A stretch of 64,000 nt of DNA from Eledone cirrhosa (taxonomy: Eukaryota): positions 294,438,001 through 294,502,000 of the forward strand of contig OZ024741.1 in assembly GCA_964016885.1 (NCBI GenBank). The letters run 5' to 3'. Below, in pieces: positions 50,246 through 64,000 of the stretch. Each line of letters begins with the position of its first letter. Position 1 is the first letter of the stretch. The notes under the pieces are model-generated. The model worked only from the letters and a program-made list of their open reading frames with translations, did not search any database and was not told the DNA's origin. Made by a program: the position numbers and the translations under genes.

Positions 50246-52678
50246 TATAAATTATGTCCTTAGAATCATTTGATATATATATATATATATATAGTTTTGT
50301 TCCTGACTTTACATGGCTGTACTGTTTCAGTAAAGCCTGCATTTGCTATGTTTCATCTGAGAGGAAATATCACCAGTTTAAAATCAAATATATATGTGTG
50401 TGTGTGTCTTTGAAAACAAATTTGTAAACAAGACATCGCCATCTCTTTTTATCTTACTTGCAAATTCCAGGATTACCAAAGTATTATTCAAACACAGCAT
50501 TAAGATAACTATGTATAGTAATAACCACAAATAGGAATGTGTGAATATATATATATACTAATTGATTATATATATCTGTGTGTGTGTGCAGCTATGGATG
50601 CCATTGCATATGTTAATCTGTATGTTTTTAATTATTTGTACACATATACATATATTTCTACATTTATATATGTGTATATGCAGTGATTACATAGTAAACC
50701 TCTGGAATGTTTTACATATTTTGACAGATCCATTAATGGACTGTACTTGTAAGATCCTAATTTACCATACCCTTTCCATTTCTGTGAAACGCAGCTTCTT
50801 AAGATTTGTGCTGAGACAGTTAATAATATATCTGAGGACCACAATGATCACAGGTACAAGGTGGAGCATCAGCAGGTTCCTCATTATTTCCATCTAAATA
50901 TTTTGCTTTTCACTAATCTTTAACACATTAACATCTGTTGGGCAGCTGATTTTCACATAAAAATGTATCTTCAACCTCATATTGCTTACCATATGTACTC
51001 GAATATACACTGCCCCCTCCCTTATTTTATGTATGAGAAATAGGCAAAAATCCAAACCCCATTTGTAAGCCAACGCAGGTAATCAACACATTATGTTTAG
51101 ATGATGCAGTTTTGAAATTATCATGAGTGAAGAATATATTCATGAAATTTTAAAATTTTGATATTCAAAATGTTTTGTGTGTTATTTAGAGAATAGTTTT
51201 TGTTTCACAACTCCATTAGATAATAATTTTTTACGAGTTTCCGAGTTTTCAAGGCCATATTCATTCAAGACATATAAAAATCAATAGCAAATACAAATTT
51301 CACTTTGAAAGTGAAATCGGTGTAATATTTACTGCCAAAGTGAAAATATTTTAGCACCTCATTTACTTAGAAGTTGGTGAAAATCAGCAAAATATTGACC
51401 TTGAATATAAGCTGATCCTCCCATTTTACCATCGCTTTTTTATCACATATTTCTCAGCTTATATATGAGTGTATACAGTGACTTAAAGGAACCATGAGGG
51501 AGCTTCTATATCATCACACAGCTCGCTAGAAATAGTAGCCAAATTTCCTACAATTCACACCCAGAGAGATTTAACATGACACTGTGTGACAATGCTGGCC
51601 TTTGAATTGCAGGGGTAATTTTTACCCAGCTGAGTGGACTAGGGCTATGTGAAATGAAGTGTCTTATTCAAGGACACAATGCAGCATTGGAATTCGAGTG
51701 TTTCAGTTCATTTGATCAACAGAACAGCTTGATTGTGAAATTTATGTGCAAGTGGCTGAGCATTCCACAGATAGATATACACTTAACGGGGTTAGTTCTA
51801 AGAGAAATTTGACATGATATAGTGTGTGACAAGACTGGCCCTTTTAAATAACAGGTATAACTCCTTTTTCCTGAGTGAACTGGAGCACCTTGAAATATAG
51901 CATTTTGGCTCAAGACATGTGATTCATCTGGGAATCGAACACACAACCTCATGATGATGAGCCAAACAGCCCTAACCTCTAAACCAACTGTTTATTACCA
52001 ATTATTATTCTAAATAACAACCAATAAGATCTAATCAAACAAAATTGTTCAATGAGTCAGTAGTTGTGGGGATCTGCTTTTTTTTTAATATAAATTCTTC
52101 TTTATTTTTTTTTTTTAATTTGCTATTTCCTCATAATTAAACATTTATTACATTTTCCTGTTATAAATATTTCTGCAGTTTAAAAGTTAATTAGTTATTG
52201 TTATTTTTTTATGTTGGGGCTTTTTTTTTTTTTTTTTTTTTATTTCTAAATTTCTCAACATAATATATTTCAAAACATTTAAAAGATAACATGTTTTTTT
52301 TAAATTCTCCACTTCCATTGCTTTATTTTGTTCTTGTTCTCTTGTCTCTTTGTTTTGTTTTGTTTAAATTGTTTATTTATTTATCATATTTCTTTATTTA
52401 TTAGCTGTCATCAACTGTTAAATATAAAGTCTTTGTATGTATGTTTATTTGTGTATATATGTGTGTTTGTGCATGTACATGTATTTGTGTGTATATGTGT
52501 GTGTAATATAGCAATTAGTAGTGATAATTATGAGAACGTGTACTCAATGCCATGGTAGAGATTAATAATTTATTAAGGCTGATCCAGTAGCCTGCTACTC
52601 TGGAGTTTTCCCTATATACTTCATGTTTCTCTCTCAAACAGTTCAACACTGGATCCATTAATTAACTGTCAGAGAAAT

Positions 52679-52784
<106 letters not shown>

Positions 52785-52877
52785 TACTTGGGGAAGGTCA
52801 TATTGTTGTAATAATATTGCCAGAATTAATAACAGAACACACTCACTGTTTGGTTGGTTTTCACTTCTGTATCTTTT

Positions 52878-53781
52878 CATCATCATCATCGTTTAACGTC
52901 TATCTTCCACGCTAGCATGGGTTTAGACGGGAATTGTCCCACTTGAGGCAAAATTGGTTGTCTCGCTCATATGGGACTGTCTGGCGGGTTTTCTACGGCT
53001 GGATGCCCTTCCTAACACCAACCACGTTTACAGTGTGGACTGGGAGGTTTTTACCGTGGTACCTACATGGCCACATTACAGCGTGGGCTGTGTGTTTTTT
53101 TTGTCGTGACACCTACACGACCTCATTTATTTAGGACTGGATGTTGTGGTACCAACATAACTTTACAGAGAAAGGGGTGGTGTTGATGGGGGTGGGGAGT
53201 CGGGGTAGTGGGCGGGGTGTGTATATTTGATTAAGAGGTGCCTACTGACTGTAGGTTTCGCTTTGTACTTAGGAAAGGCGGGTTGTCTGTATTACTGCGT
53301 AGTGCCAAAGATCTCAGTCCAGCGACATAGTCTTAGAGAGGTGTAAGTGTGTAAGGTCGGAATTTATCAAATCGTCACAGGTTTTTCTGGGTCTGCCTAC
53401 TCCGTAACTTCCGTCAATTTTGATCGCCCTGCATTTTTTTATACAGCTGTCGTCTTTCATGCGCATCACGTGACCATACCAATGTAGTTTTTTTCTCTCG
53501 AGTAAACAGCATCTGATCCCTCTTATACCTAATTTCTCACTTAGTTCATTTATGCTTTGCTGTTCACGTATATTACTATTACACATCCAGCGGAGCATGC
53601 ATGCTTCATTCCTCACCAGTCTGCACTGCCCATGTCTCACTGCCATGTAACATAGCTGTTTGTATGCAGTTACGCATCCAGCAGAGCATGCATGCTTCGT
53701 TCCTCTCCAGTCTGCGCAGATCCTCTGCACACAATGCCCATATCTCACTGCCATGTAATATAGCTGTTCGTATGCAGGCAT
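52878..53781 (-). mobile_element. 5'-truncated RTE LINE with an internal duplication
   Basis: EACMLRWMCNSNI...HWYGHV...GRPRKT, RTE 3' UTR and (GAT)n tail. Confidence 0.9.
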
Positions 53782-54499
53782 TTTATATCAGTTAATTCAT
53801 TCGGTCCTCAATGTTTACCATTGACTGTATATATATATATATATATATTCAGAGGCTGTCTGTCAAAGTGATCACGCTGATTGGCAGACCATCTCCATAT
53901 CAATTCTATTCTTTGTTTATATTTTGCCGTAACCAGTAATTGATTACTTAATCTTTGTGAATTACACATGATGAGTTTGCTACATATCTTGCTTCATGAT
54001 CTCATGACATAAGCCTACCATAGAAATATGTATTGTGACTTTTGAAAAATTAAAAGAATATTTGGAATCAGGCCTTCTTTTTTCATTGAAAAAATAAAAT
54101 ATATATATATAAACACTTGCTAGCAGAGAAAGCAGATGTTAAAACGATGATGGTGATGACAATGATATAAATAAATGTTGTCTATGAAAAATGCTTATGT
54201 AATATGCTTATGTAAAATTATGATGGAATATATCTAAATGAGTATAATAAACATTGTAGAATTATTAAGAGCCATTTGAATAACACTACTGCACTATTAT
54301 AAGAAAAATGTGCTAATTGTCACTAGAATAATATTACAACTGGTATTGCAACAGATGTATTAACAAGCATTAGAATGGCACTACAATAGTAACAGAAATG
54401 TATTAGCAACCACAAGAATAACAAAGCAAATGACTCAGTAAAATGAAGAAATATATTAGTTTAACACTTGATATAGTTGGAAAAGAGTCTTAACTTTTC

Positions 54500-55838
54500 T
54501 GTGTGGGCAAAAATAACAATGGGCTGGGTGGAGTAGTGATTTTGGTTGCAGAAAAATGGTTAGACAAAGTTACTGCTGTAAATAGAGTAAATGACAGAAT
54601 AATTGAACTTAGACTTGTACTAAACAGAGCAACTACGACAATTATACCTGCATATGCACCTCAATCTGGACTCGCAGACGTATTAGAAGAAATGTTCTAT
54701 GAGTCCTGAATGCTCACTACCACCCAAATAAACAACAACAACCTCATATTCATTGCAGGTGACTTTAACGATTATGTTGGGCAACACTGTGATGGGTTCA
54801 ATAGGATCCATGGGGGTTATGGGTTCTAGAAAGGAGGAAGGTTTCAGACTCCTGGAATTCTGCGACATAAATGACCTATCTATCTGTAACACGAACTTCA
54901 AAAAATGAGACAACCAATTAATCACCTACAGATCAGGTGAGCACGCCAGCCAGATAGATTTTATTCTTACCAGAAGACAAGACAGAGTGACTGTTGTGAA
55001 CACGAAGTCCCTCCCTAGTGAAGAATACATTTCCCAACATAACTTATTAGTTAGCAACTTGATAGTCAGGGCTAGAAGAACCTGACAACAGAAGACAACC
55101 TGGGGAAGAAGAATATGGAAGTTAAAAGACCCATCAACCAGAATCAAATTTAGAAGTATGTTGATTGATGCCTTCGGCAGTAAGGAATAGCAAATAGAGA
55201 CATATGATATAGAGTAGTGGGAGTTCCTAAAAGATAACCTATTGAAGATGACAGATGAAATCTGTGGTTGGAGTTGGTCTCTATGGAGAAGGAGAGTGAC
55301 TTGATGGTGGAATAGTAAGGTAGATGAGACAGTTAAGGCCAAAAGACAGGCTTGGAAGGAATGGCAAAATGTGGGTAGTAGAGAAGTCTATCAGCATGCT
55401 AGGAGAAAAGTTAGGTGACAAGTATACCTTGCAAGAAGGTGTAGGTGTCACAAAAATAAGCATCCAGTCCACACTGTAAAGTGATTGTTAGGTGTCACGA
55501 CAAAAAAGCACTCAGCTCACACTGTAAAATTGGTTGTATTGGTGACATGACAAAAAGTGCCCAGCCCACACTACAAAGTGATTGTGTAGGTGTCATGACA
55601 AAAAGCACCCAGTCACCACTGTAAAGCTGTCATGAAGAAGTTACAACAAAAAACACCCAATCCACACTGTAAATGTGGTTGGCATTAGGAAGGGCATCCA
55701 GCCATAGAAACCAAGCCAAAATCAGTTCTGTGTGAGCAAAGCTCGGTGCTCTGATCTAGTTGCCTCATAATGGAAAAACATGTCCTTCCCATGCTAGCAT
55801 GGAAAATGTTCATTAAATGATGATAATGATGATGATGA
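54500..55838 (+). mobile_element. Degenerate RTE endonuclease and linker fragment joined to an amplified RTE-type 3' tail
   Basis: GGVVILVAEKWLDKV..RVNDRII..AYAPQSG..AGDFN..SQIDFIL, then tandem 3'-UTR modules at 55440-55690 and (GAT)n. Confidence 0.8.
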
Positions 55839-56999
55839 TAGTCCTTCATCAAAAGACAGAATGAGAAATAAATGATGAAATAGAAAGATAAAGAGTGAGA
55901 AGTGGAAGAAACAGTAACAAAAAAAAATTTTTGAGAAGAAACACACGTGTATTTAGTCATCCATTTTGGAGATACATATACCGGGAAAGAGAGTGAGGAA
56001 AGACAGAAAGAGAAGTTGACTCTTTGGGATATTGAGCAATGAAAAAATTTCTAGAAAATTCTGAGATTTTAAGAGATAAATGTTAAAAGAGTAGGATAGT
56101 TTTTCATCAATGGAATTTGGTTTTGAAACACAATTTTACTGATAGTGAAGTATGTTATTTGTATCTAAGGTAATAAATAATTCCTCTACTGCTCTCTTTC
56201 TTCTTCTCTGCATGTGTGTGTATGTATTATATATGTATATAGAGGAGCAAGCATGACTGTGTAGTTAAGATGTTTGATTTGCAGCCATATGGTTTAAAGT
56301 TCAATCCCATTGAGTTAATCATTGTCTTGTAAGTAAATTTTGGTAGATAGAGACTGTGCAGAAGCTTGTCATACACACACACACACTCCTATGTGTGTAT
56401 GTATGTATGTATGCATATGTTTGTATATATGTATGTATGTATGTATCTGCATGTGTGTGCATGTAATTGTACATCATAAACTCTCAATTTGACAAAAGGA
56501 GGTTGATAAAATAAGCACCAGACTTGGAAAAAAACAATTAGTATTGCGGTTGATATGATTGACAAAATAACTTTCAAGGTGAAGCTCCACCATGGTTACA
56601 GTCTAATGACTGAAACAAGTAAAAGAATAAAAATATCTATATCTATATGTATATATTAGTATATATGCATTTATTATATAAAAGCTACGTAATATGACAG
56701 CTGCAGCTTGATAATATGTCTTCCACATTTAGTAGCTGTTCCAGTCCATATTTGGTTTGCCGAGTTTGGGAAGGTATGTCATAGGTTGGTTTAATAGAAG
56801 TAATGAGTGCAGGTTGGCGTTCATGGGTTGGCTCAGAGTGTTGTGCACAGATTGGAGCAACAACGGTCTATTTTATGAATATATGTGTGTGTGTGTATAA
56901 ATATATATACATATATGTATATATGTGTAATAAAAAAACAAAAATTTGTTAAAAGTTTGTGCAACATGGTAGACAATATAAAGGGCAAATCATGATTTT

Positions 57000-57620
57000 A
57001 TGTCCAATTTCTACTTATCTGTTGCCCTTAGATGAGACAGCAAGCACAACTTCACATCAACAGTCTCTGTTTCCCATCAAAATTTGTAGGTCTTCCTAAT
57101 CAATTCCAATATCTGAGCTTTCTGGTAGAAGAGATCACTCACAAGAGGTTTGAAACCATGTCATCTTTTATACAGAAGCAGTGACTAGCAAACCTTGTAT
57201 GATGTTCAATCAGTCATGCAATTACTTTTGGGATTTTTCCATATATTTGATTAAGTGTGGGATGGATCTAAGGAATATTTTTAGCCTTTCTCAGAAGGGT
57301 AGTATAACATCCATTTAAATGGCTCTATAGACCAAGTGAATGGTCCAAGTCTCAGAACTATAGAGAAGGATAGGCTCTACTATTGTTCTATATAGGCTGA
57401 TTTTAAGTTTGTTTGGTATATGGGATTTCTAAATTTTCTCCAGCTTATGAAATGCATTCCAGACCAGGACTTTACATATTTGAAAGTCCTTTTCTGAGTT
57501 CATTATGAAGGGACTAAGGTTGGAAAGGTTGTCACAGTCTGAGAACAGACAAGTCATAGCAATCTCATCTTACTTAAACATTTCATATTTAGAATGGTTT
57601 GATTCACTGGATGCCCGTCA
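57000..57620 (-). mobile_element. Old RTE-like LINE relic
   Basis: Minus strand WNAFHKLEKI...KISLYRTIVEPILLYSSETWT...NGCYTTLLRKA...HPTLNQIYGKIP. Confidence 0.65.
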
Positions 57621-57809
57621 TAATACATACTTCCATCTTATCAGTGTCATTTTACACTTACGTTCCATGCTGGCATCAGTTGTATAAGTTTATACAGTCT
57701 CACTTATTTATATCCTATCTCCAGACAGGTATGAAGACCCTCTTCCCTCATACTTTCAATGATTAAATGGCCTTCTTAATATCAAGCACTTTACTGGGTC
57801 TACTAGACA

Positions 57810-58080
57810 GCTTATGTATATATGTGCATATGTATTTATATATCATGGCACCAATGTTTATGTATATATGTATGTATTTATATATCATGACACCAACACT
57901 CGGAAGTTTATGTTATATGTGTGTGTATGTATTTATATATCATGGCACCAATACTAGAGAGTTTATGTATATAAATCTACATGTATTCATACATCATGGC
58001 ACCAACACTAGGAAATTTATGTATATGTGTGCATATGTATTTATATATCATGGCACCAACACTAGAGAGTTTATGTGTGC
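57810..58080. repeat. Minisatellite of up to about 55 bp per unit
   Basis: TATATCATGGCACCAA recurs five times. Confidence 0.8.
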
Positions 58081-58506
58081 AAGGGGATGTATTTATATAT
58101 GTTTGAATATACATATACACGTATACATTCATAGCAACAGAAGGCTTTATACTGGAACTATAACCTTACATATTAAATATTTACTTTACCTAAGTATTGA
58201 GTACTTTTTGTTTACTTTGCCTTTCGTGTATGTGATCCCTCTTACAAACACACTAACAGAATGTGTGTATGTATGTATGTAGGTAGGTATGTATGTATAT
58301 ATGTGTATGTATGTATGTGTGCATTTATGTATGCATGTATGTGTGTATGTATATATGTGTGTGTGCATATATGTATGTGTGTATATATGTATATATATAT
58401 ATATATATATACATATACATTCATACATACATACATACAAACATATATTCATACATACTTACAAACATACATATATTCATACATACATCTATACATACAC
58501 ACTCAC

Positions 58507-58550
<44 letters not shown>

Positions 58551-58782
58551 AGATATATATATAAATTGTGTGTATAAACAGGTGCAGCATCAGACAAAAA
58601 TAAAAGAAGCTCCTTTGTATTAACATGAATGAATGATGCGGAAATAGAACTGATGTTTCAATCGTGTTGCACTCTGTTGCAGCTAGTGTTGATGCACCTA
58701 CAGATCTGCAGATTACCTATGTTCTTTCTTTGATATATTTGGCTTTCAATGTATATTTAAGGTTGTTTGTAAATAAGTGTGC

Positions 58783-58896
<114 letters not shown>

Positions 58897-58936
58897 TACA
58901 TATATTACATATATATATATATATTACATATATTAC

Positions 58937-58988
<52 letters not shown>

Positions 58989-60064
58989 GTATATATATAT
59001 ATATATATTACATATATTACATATATATATGTGTATATATATGTATATATATATATATTACATATATATATGTGTATATATATATATGTATATGTGTGTG
59101 TGTATGTGTGTGTGTAGTTGGAGAAACAGAGAAAGAAACAGACAGATAGAAATATATAACTTTATGCATGCTAGTGTGTATAGCTGCATTTACACTTATA
59201 CATATATATATGTATGTAGATGTGTGTGTGTGTGTGTGCAAGTGTGTATATATATATAAAAAACCAAAGATTGGATATGCTCTGTGTTTACATCTATCCT
59301 TCTGTATCTTTTATCTAAAGAATATCTTTCATATCTTCCACCTATAACTACATAAACACATTGAGCTTTGTATAAAACTATCTGGCAATCATATATTCTT
59401 CTATATAGCTCTCTACATACAAACAGAGTTATATTTTCGCCATTGCTATATATATATATATCATCACTATCATCATTTAACATCCATTTCCCTTGCAGAC
59501 TAATAGTAATACAGATGTTTCGATAAATATATGTGTAATTGTATATCGATACATATATAAAGATTTGTGCATCTTTGTGTGCATGTAGATATACATATAT
59601 ATACTGACATATTTATGCATGTATATGTGTATACACATACTTAAATATGTACACACACACAAATATAAATATATATATATATATATAAGGAAAACCAGGG
59701 TGGAAGCAGTGAGAGCTAATCTCAAATCACTGAGATTCACTGAGAAGTTGATGAAGGAACATGGTGAGTGGAAAGATGCTATGCTGACAAGGACCTGTCC
59801 AGTCCAGGCATGTAAAAACAATGATGATAATGATGATGAAATATATGTGTGTGTGTGTATATATATTATATATATATATATATATACATTGTATTGTATG
59901 GTCCCGTAACTCCTGATAGATTCATAGGGGTGTCATATTGATATACAGCGTTTCTTGGGCACTTTTAAGCCTGGCGGAGCCCATCTCTCTCGAGGTCTGA
60001 ATACAGCAGATTTCTTCCAGAGAAAGATAGATAGTGAAAGAGAGGAAATGATAAAGAGATATAG

Positions 60065-60230
60065 AGGAAGAATTGACCCCAGGACTAGACTGGTACTTCT
60101 TTTATTGAACTCGAAAGGATGAAAGGCAAAGTTGACCTCGGCGGGATTTGAACTCAGATAGCAGAAAGCCCAGAATGAATACTATAAAGCATTTTATCCG
60201 ACGTTCTGATGACTCTGCCAATTTGCTGCC
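60065..60230 (-). mobile_element. SINE family A relative
   Basis: GGATGAAAGGCAAAGTTGACCTCGGCGGGATTTGAACTCAG. Confidence 0.75.
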
Positions 60231-60394
60231 TATATATATATATATACATAACGGCTTGAGCTCTGCCGTCTGGGTCATACTTTTTCCTATATATATACAT
60301 ATAGTAATAATAATAAATTTCAAGACTAAAATCCATTCTTTGCTTAAACTTTAATCTGTTATTTTAATAAATATATATATATATATATATATAG

Positions 60395-60577
60395 CGCAAA
60401 AATCGCAGCCACTCAATCTCAAAATTATTTTTGAAAAGGATAAGAAATGCACAACTGGGAAAAACTTAAGACTAAAATGAATGCTAACTAATACTTGTTA
60501 CTAATTTATACTTTTTCCTAATTAAACTATTTTTCACTAGGGAAAATTTGTCGCCATTTTCTTTTCCTTTTTACTTA
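60395..60577 (+). mobile_element. Diverged solo copy of the 30398-30631 PLE terminal repeat
   Basis: CTCAAAATTATTTTTGAAAAG..AGAAATGC..CTAATTAAACTATTTTTCACT..CATTTTCTTTTCC. Confidence 0.75.
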
Positions 60578-60794
60578 TATATATGTGTTTCTGTCATCTG
60601 ACAATGTCATGGTTGCAATGTTGTTGGATTAAGTCTTTTCCTTACCATATTTCTAATAAAATACACTACTTATGATTTTCAATTAATTTCAGAATTTATC
60701 AAGAATTTAGAAGGATATAGTAATATACCTAACTTTCTCACTATTAAGCTGGTAACTGGAACTTAACAATGGTTCTTGTGTAATTCCATATGCC

Positions 60795-61135
60795 TAAGAC
60801 CCATGGACATGGTTACAAAGTCAGAAAGCAGTACATGACTTTCAGCAACAATTTTTCACGCTCAGAGTTGCTGAAGCATGGAACAAACTACTTACATCAG
60901 TTGTTAGCTGGTTGGACACTGCATCCATCAAAACTTTCATGCTACCTTAAATTTGCCAACACTACACCTGATATTGCGTCTCCATACACACACATGTGTG
61001 TGTCTGTGTGTATATATCATGACTCATAAACTGTTCACTTTCCTGACATTTGTACATTATTCTATGCACTTTGCATGCACCTTTAATGACTTGTAGTTCA
61101 TCTGAGCACTGTACCCAATAATTTTCATTATTATT
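60795..61135 (+). mobile_element. CR1-like LINE 3' end
   Basis: THGHGYKVRK...QQFFTLRVAEAWNKL..SVVS relic. The 3' tail is shared with 13118-13345. Confidence 0.6.
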
Positions 61136-61629
61136 ATATAACCCTTTTGTCAACATATTTCTAATGATTTTCAAATTATTTTGAATATAATCAAGTATTT
61201 GGAGAAATTTAATAAAATAACTTTCTTTCTTGTTATTAAGTTGGTGTTGGGTTCTTACATAATTGTTTCTACTTTTGGCACAAGGCCAGTAATTATCCCA
61301 ATATATTACTGGTACTTTATTTTACCGACCCTGTTTGGTTCTTACATAATATCATTATGACAGGTTTTAGTAGTGGATTGGCAATATTGGTAGATACTTG
61401 GTCGATTTAATCAACTTTCCCATCCCCTAGAATTATTGGACTTGGGCCTAAATAAAAAACCATTTATTTTGACCGGATTTTAGATAGATATATATACATT
61501 TAAAGCATTGTTTGTGTATCATAGAAGCTGGAGCAGTTTCAAACATGTTCGTATCTAAAAAGTTAATATGTCCAACCTGGTTGTGCTTGTTTCATCAGCA
61601 ATGCAGCAAGTCATTTATAGAGGAGGAAT

Positions 61630-61795
61630 TCCTCCACCAGTTCTTACCTCTCTCTACACCAGCTTTCTCTACACCACCTCCCTCTATTGCACCTCGCTCT
61701 ACACCACCTCCCTCTATACTACATGCCTCTATACCACCTATCCCTATACCACCTCACTCTATACCACCGCTTTCTATGCTACCTCCTCTCCTTCT
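61630..61795. repeat. C-rich degenerate tandem repeat (TCTACACCACCTCCC-like, about 15 bp)
   Basis: Periodic CTAYACCACCT motif. Confidence 0.75.
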
Positions 61796-62259
61796 CAATT
61801 CTCACACTTTACATATTTACTAAGACAAATAATCTTATTTGATGTTCCATAACGAAGACTGGCATCATTCATTTGTCAAGTAATAACAAACAACCTAAAA
61901 ACAATTCAGCATAACAGAACTAATCCATTATCTAATTATCTACACAATGCACACCAATAAACATACACCAATCTACACATACACACACCTAATACATTCT
62001 GGTGTTTGTCATATCTATAACAATATATATATATGCATGTGTACATAAGTGCTTCGTCCAAAACATTAAGACTTTTCCTACTATATTAAGCGTGAAGCTA
62101 ATATATATCTTCATAGAATTTCATCATCTGTTGTTGTTTTTTTTCTTGTTTACTTTTCACATACATACACATACATACACACATATATATATATATGTGT
62201 GTAGTAAAAGGCCAATAATTCTTTACTACATATCTCACAATGCTTTGTATTAATTACAC

Positions 62260-62383
<124 letters not shown>

Positions 62384-62567
62384 GCATGTATGTATAAAAA
62401 AAGAAAAAGTATTTTTTGTCATTAATATGAGATAAGATGTGAGCAAAACTCTTTTGTATTAGTTGGTTTGGCATTCCCCTTACTGAGACTATGACATAAG
62501 TTAAACTATGTTTATATATATATATATATACATATACATATAAATGAAAGGTATGGAAAATATTGTA

Positions 62568-62642
<75 letters not shown>

Positions 62643-62753
62643 TGAGAGGTAAAATACTGACTGCGGTGCCAAGCGGTTTCAGCTTGTGCGTTCAGTAAAC
62701 CTTTCAAGGGTTTCCCCGGTCTTAGCATCACAGACACTCTCTCTCTCTCTCTG

Positions 62754-62802
<49 letters not shown>

Positions 62803-62803
62803 T

Positions 62804-63045
62804 ATAAATGTAATCTGAGTTTTTCGAATATTAATAATAACATTCGATTTGTTTGCAATTTTGCAAACAAGCCTCAATTTTATAGCCATGTCAGTAGAAT
62901 GGACACTTCATTCTTGCTCTTGTGTTGGCGAGCAAGAATGAAGTGTTCATTCTACTGACATGGCTATAAAATTGAGGCTTGTTTGCAAAATTGCAAACAA
63001 ATCGAATGTTATTATTAATATTCGAAAAACTCAGATTACATTTAT
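62804..63045. repeat. Near-perfect palindrome, 116-bp arms, 10-nt loop
   Basis: 62804-62919 versus 62930-63045, with one mismatch seen. Confidence 0.92.
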
Positions 63046-63078
63046 TGTATTCAGCCGTGTAGAGCGAAATTTTATTTT

Positions 63079-63141
<63 letters not shown>

Positions 63142-63863
63142 TATATAGTAAATTAATCATGTGTAAATCTGGGGTTATTGAAATATAGACCAAAATAGCT
63201 ATCATATCATAACTGGAAATAGCTATCATGCATTCATTCACACACGCAAATACACATGCACACACATACACCACATTTTACACACACTCACAGAGAGAAA
63301 TGAAGCTACCATGCTTTGTTAGATCTGCAATGCAAATATGAGAGAAAGGTAGATCTTGGATGAATTGAGTAAGAAACTGGGCTTAAAATGAAGCCAAAGT
63401 GGTGGCAAGAGAGAGGACTGTGTTGGTACAGACATGTGGTGGGCAGGGATGATGATCACTGGGTGAAGAAGTGCTAGCAAATTCCAGTGGTAGGAAGCCG
63501 CAGTAGAAATCAATGAAAACCTGGGTGGGGGTGGGGGGTAAGCACTGATCTCAAATCACTGAGACTCCCAGAAGAGATGACAAAGGAATTTGACAAGTTG
63601 AGAGATGCTGTACTGAAAAGGACCCATCCAACCCATGCAAGCATGGAAAAAACAGACATAAAAACAATGATGATGATGATGATGACGATGATTCTAAGAA
63701 TATTTAATCTTGCAGTAGACAAGTGCTACTGTTGTACTAACCATCTCTTGTCATAATCTTTCTATTTGAGAAAGAAAATTAAAACTAACACTGTTTAGAT
63801 TGGAAAGAAAATTTTAGCATTTTCCTTCCGTTCATTTAATCAGTAACAACTCTCTCTTTCTCT

Positions 63864-63935
<72 letters not shown>

Positions 63936-64000
63936 CTCTCTCCTATGTCTGTCATTTGTGATTTTCTTGTCACCTCAGCTTGCTAACAATTCCAATAGAC

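Noticed and set aside
50310-50360. Hammerhead-like CAGATGA...GAAACAGTA on the minus strand
   Set aside because: The core is mismatched and neither stem I nor stem II pairs convincingly.

Overview
This is AT-rich animal genomic DNA packed with (TA)n, (CA)n, (GA)n and (CAT)n microsatellites and mobile-element relics. The repeat mix suggests an octopod cephalopod, which is an inference I could not confirm by search. I found no intact host protein-coding gene; most ORF-track entries are microsatellite translations. Non-LTR retrotransposons include one near-full-length but broken RTE-clade LINE (8398-12008, minus strand) with many 5'-truncated copies, older RTE-, CR1- and R4/Dong-like relics, and three Penelope-like (PLE) fragments. 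The window also holds two tRNA-derived SINE families, TTAA-flanked MITEs, a mariner relic and a 28S rRNA fragment. The strongest signal is a dense set of type-I hammerhead ribozyme motifs (CUGANGA-stem II-GAAA-short stem III-UH) in at least six sequence-distinct short repeat families. Many of them sit in fold-back (inverted-duplication) inserts within (TA)n tracts, consistent with a PLE pLTR/retrozyme-like system. A second signal is a strong branchpoint-pyrimidine tract-CAG|GTAAGT site at 45852/45853, which looks like a recursive splice site in a very long plus-strand intron. All alignments and folds were read by eye, and boundaries are approximate.
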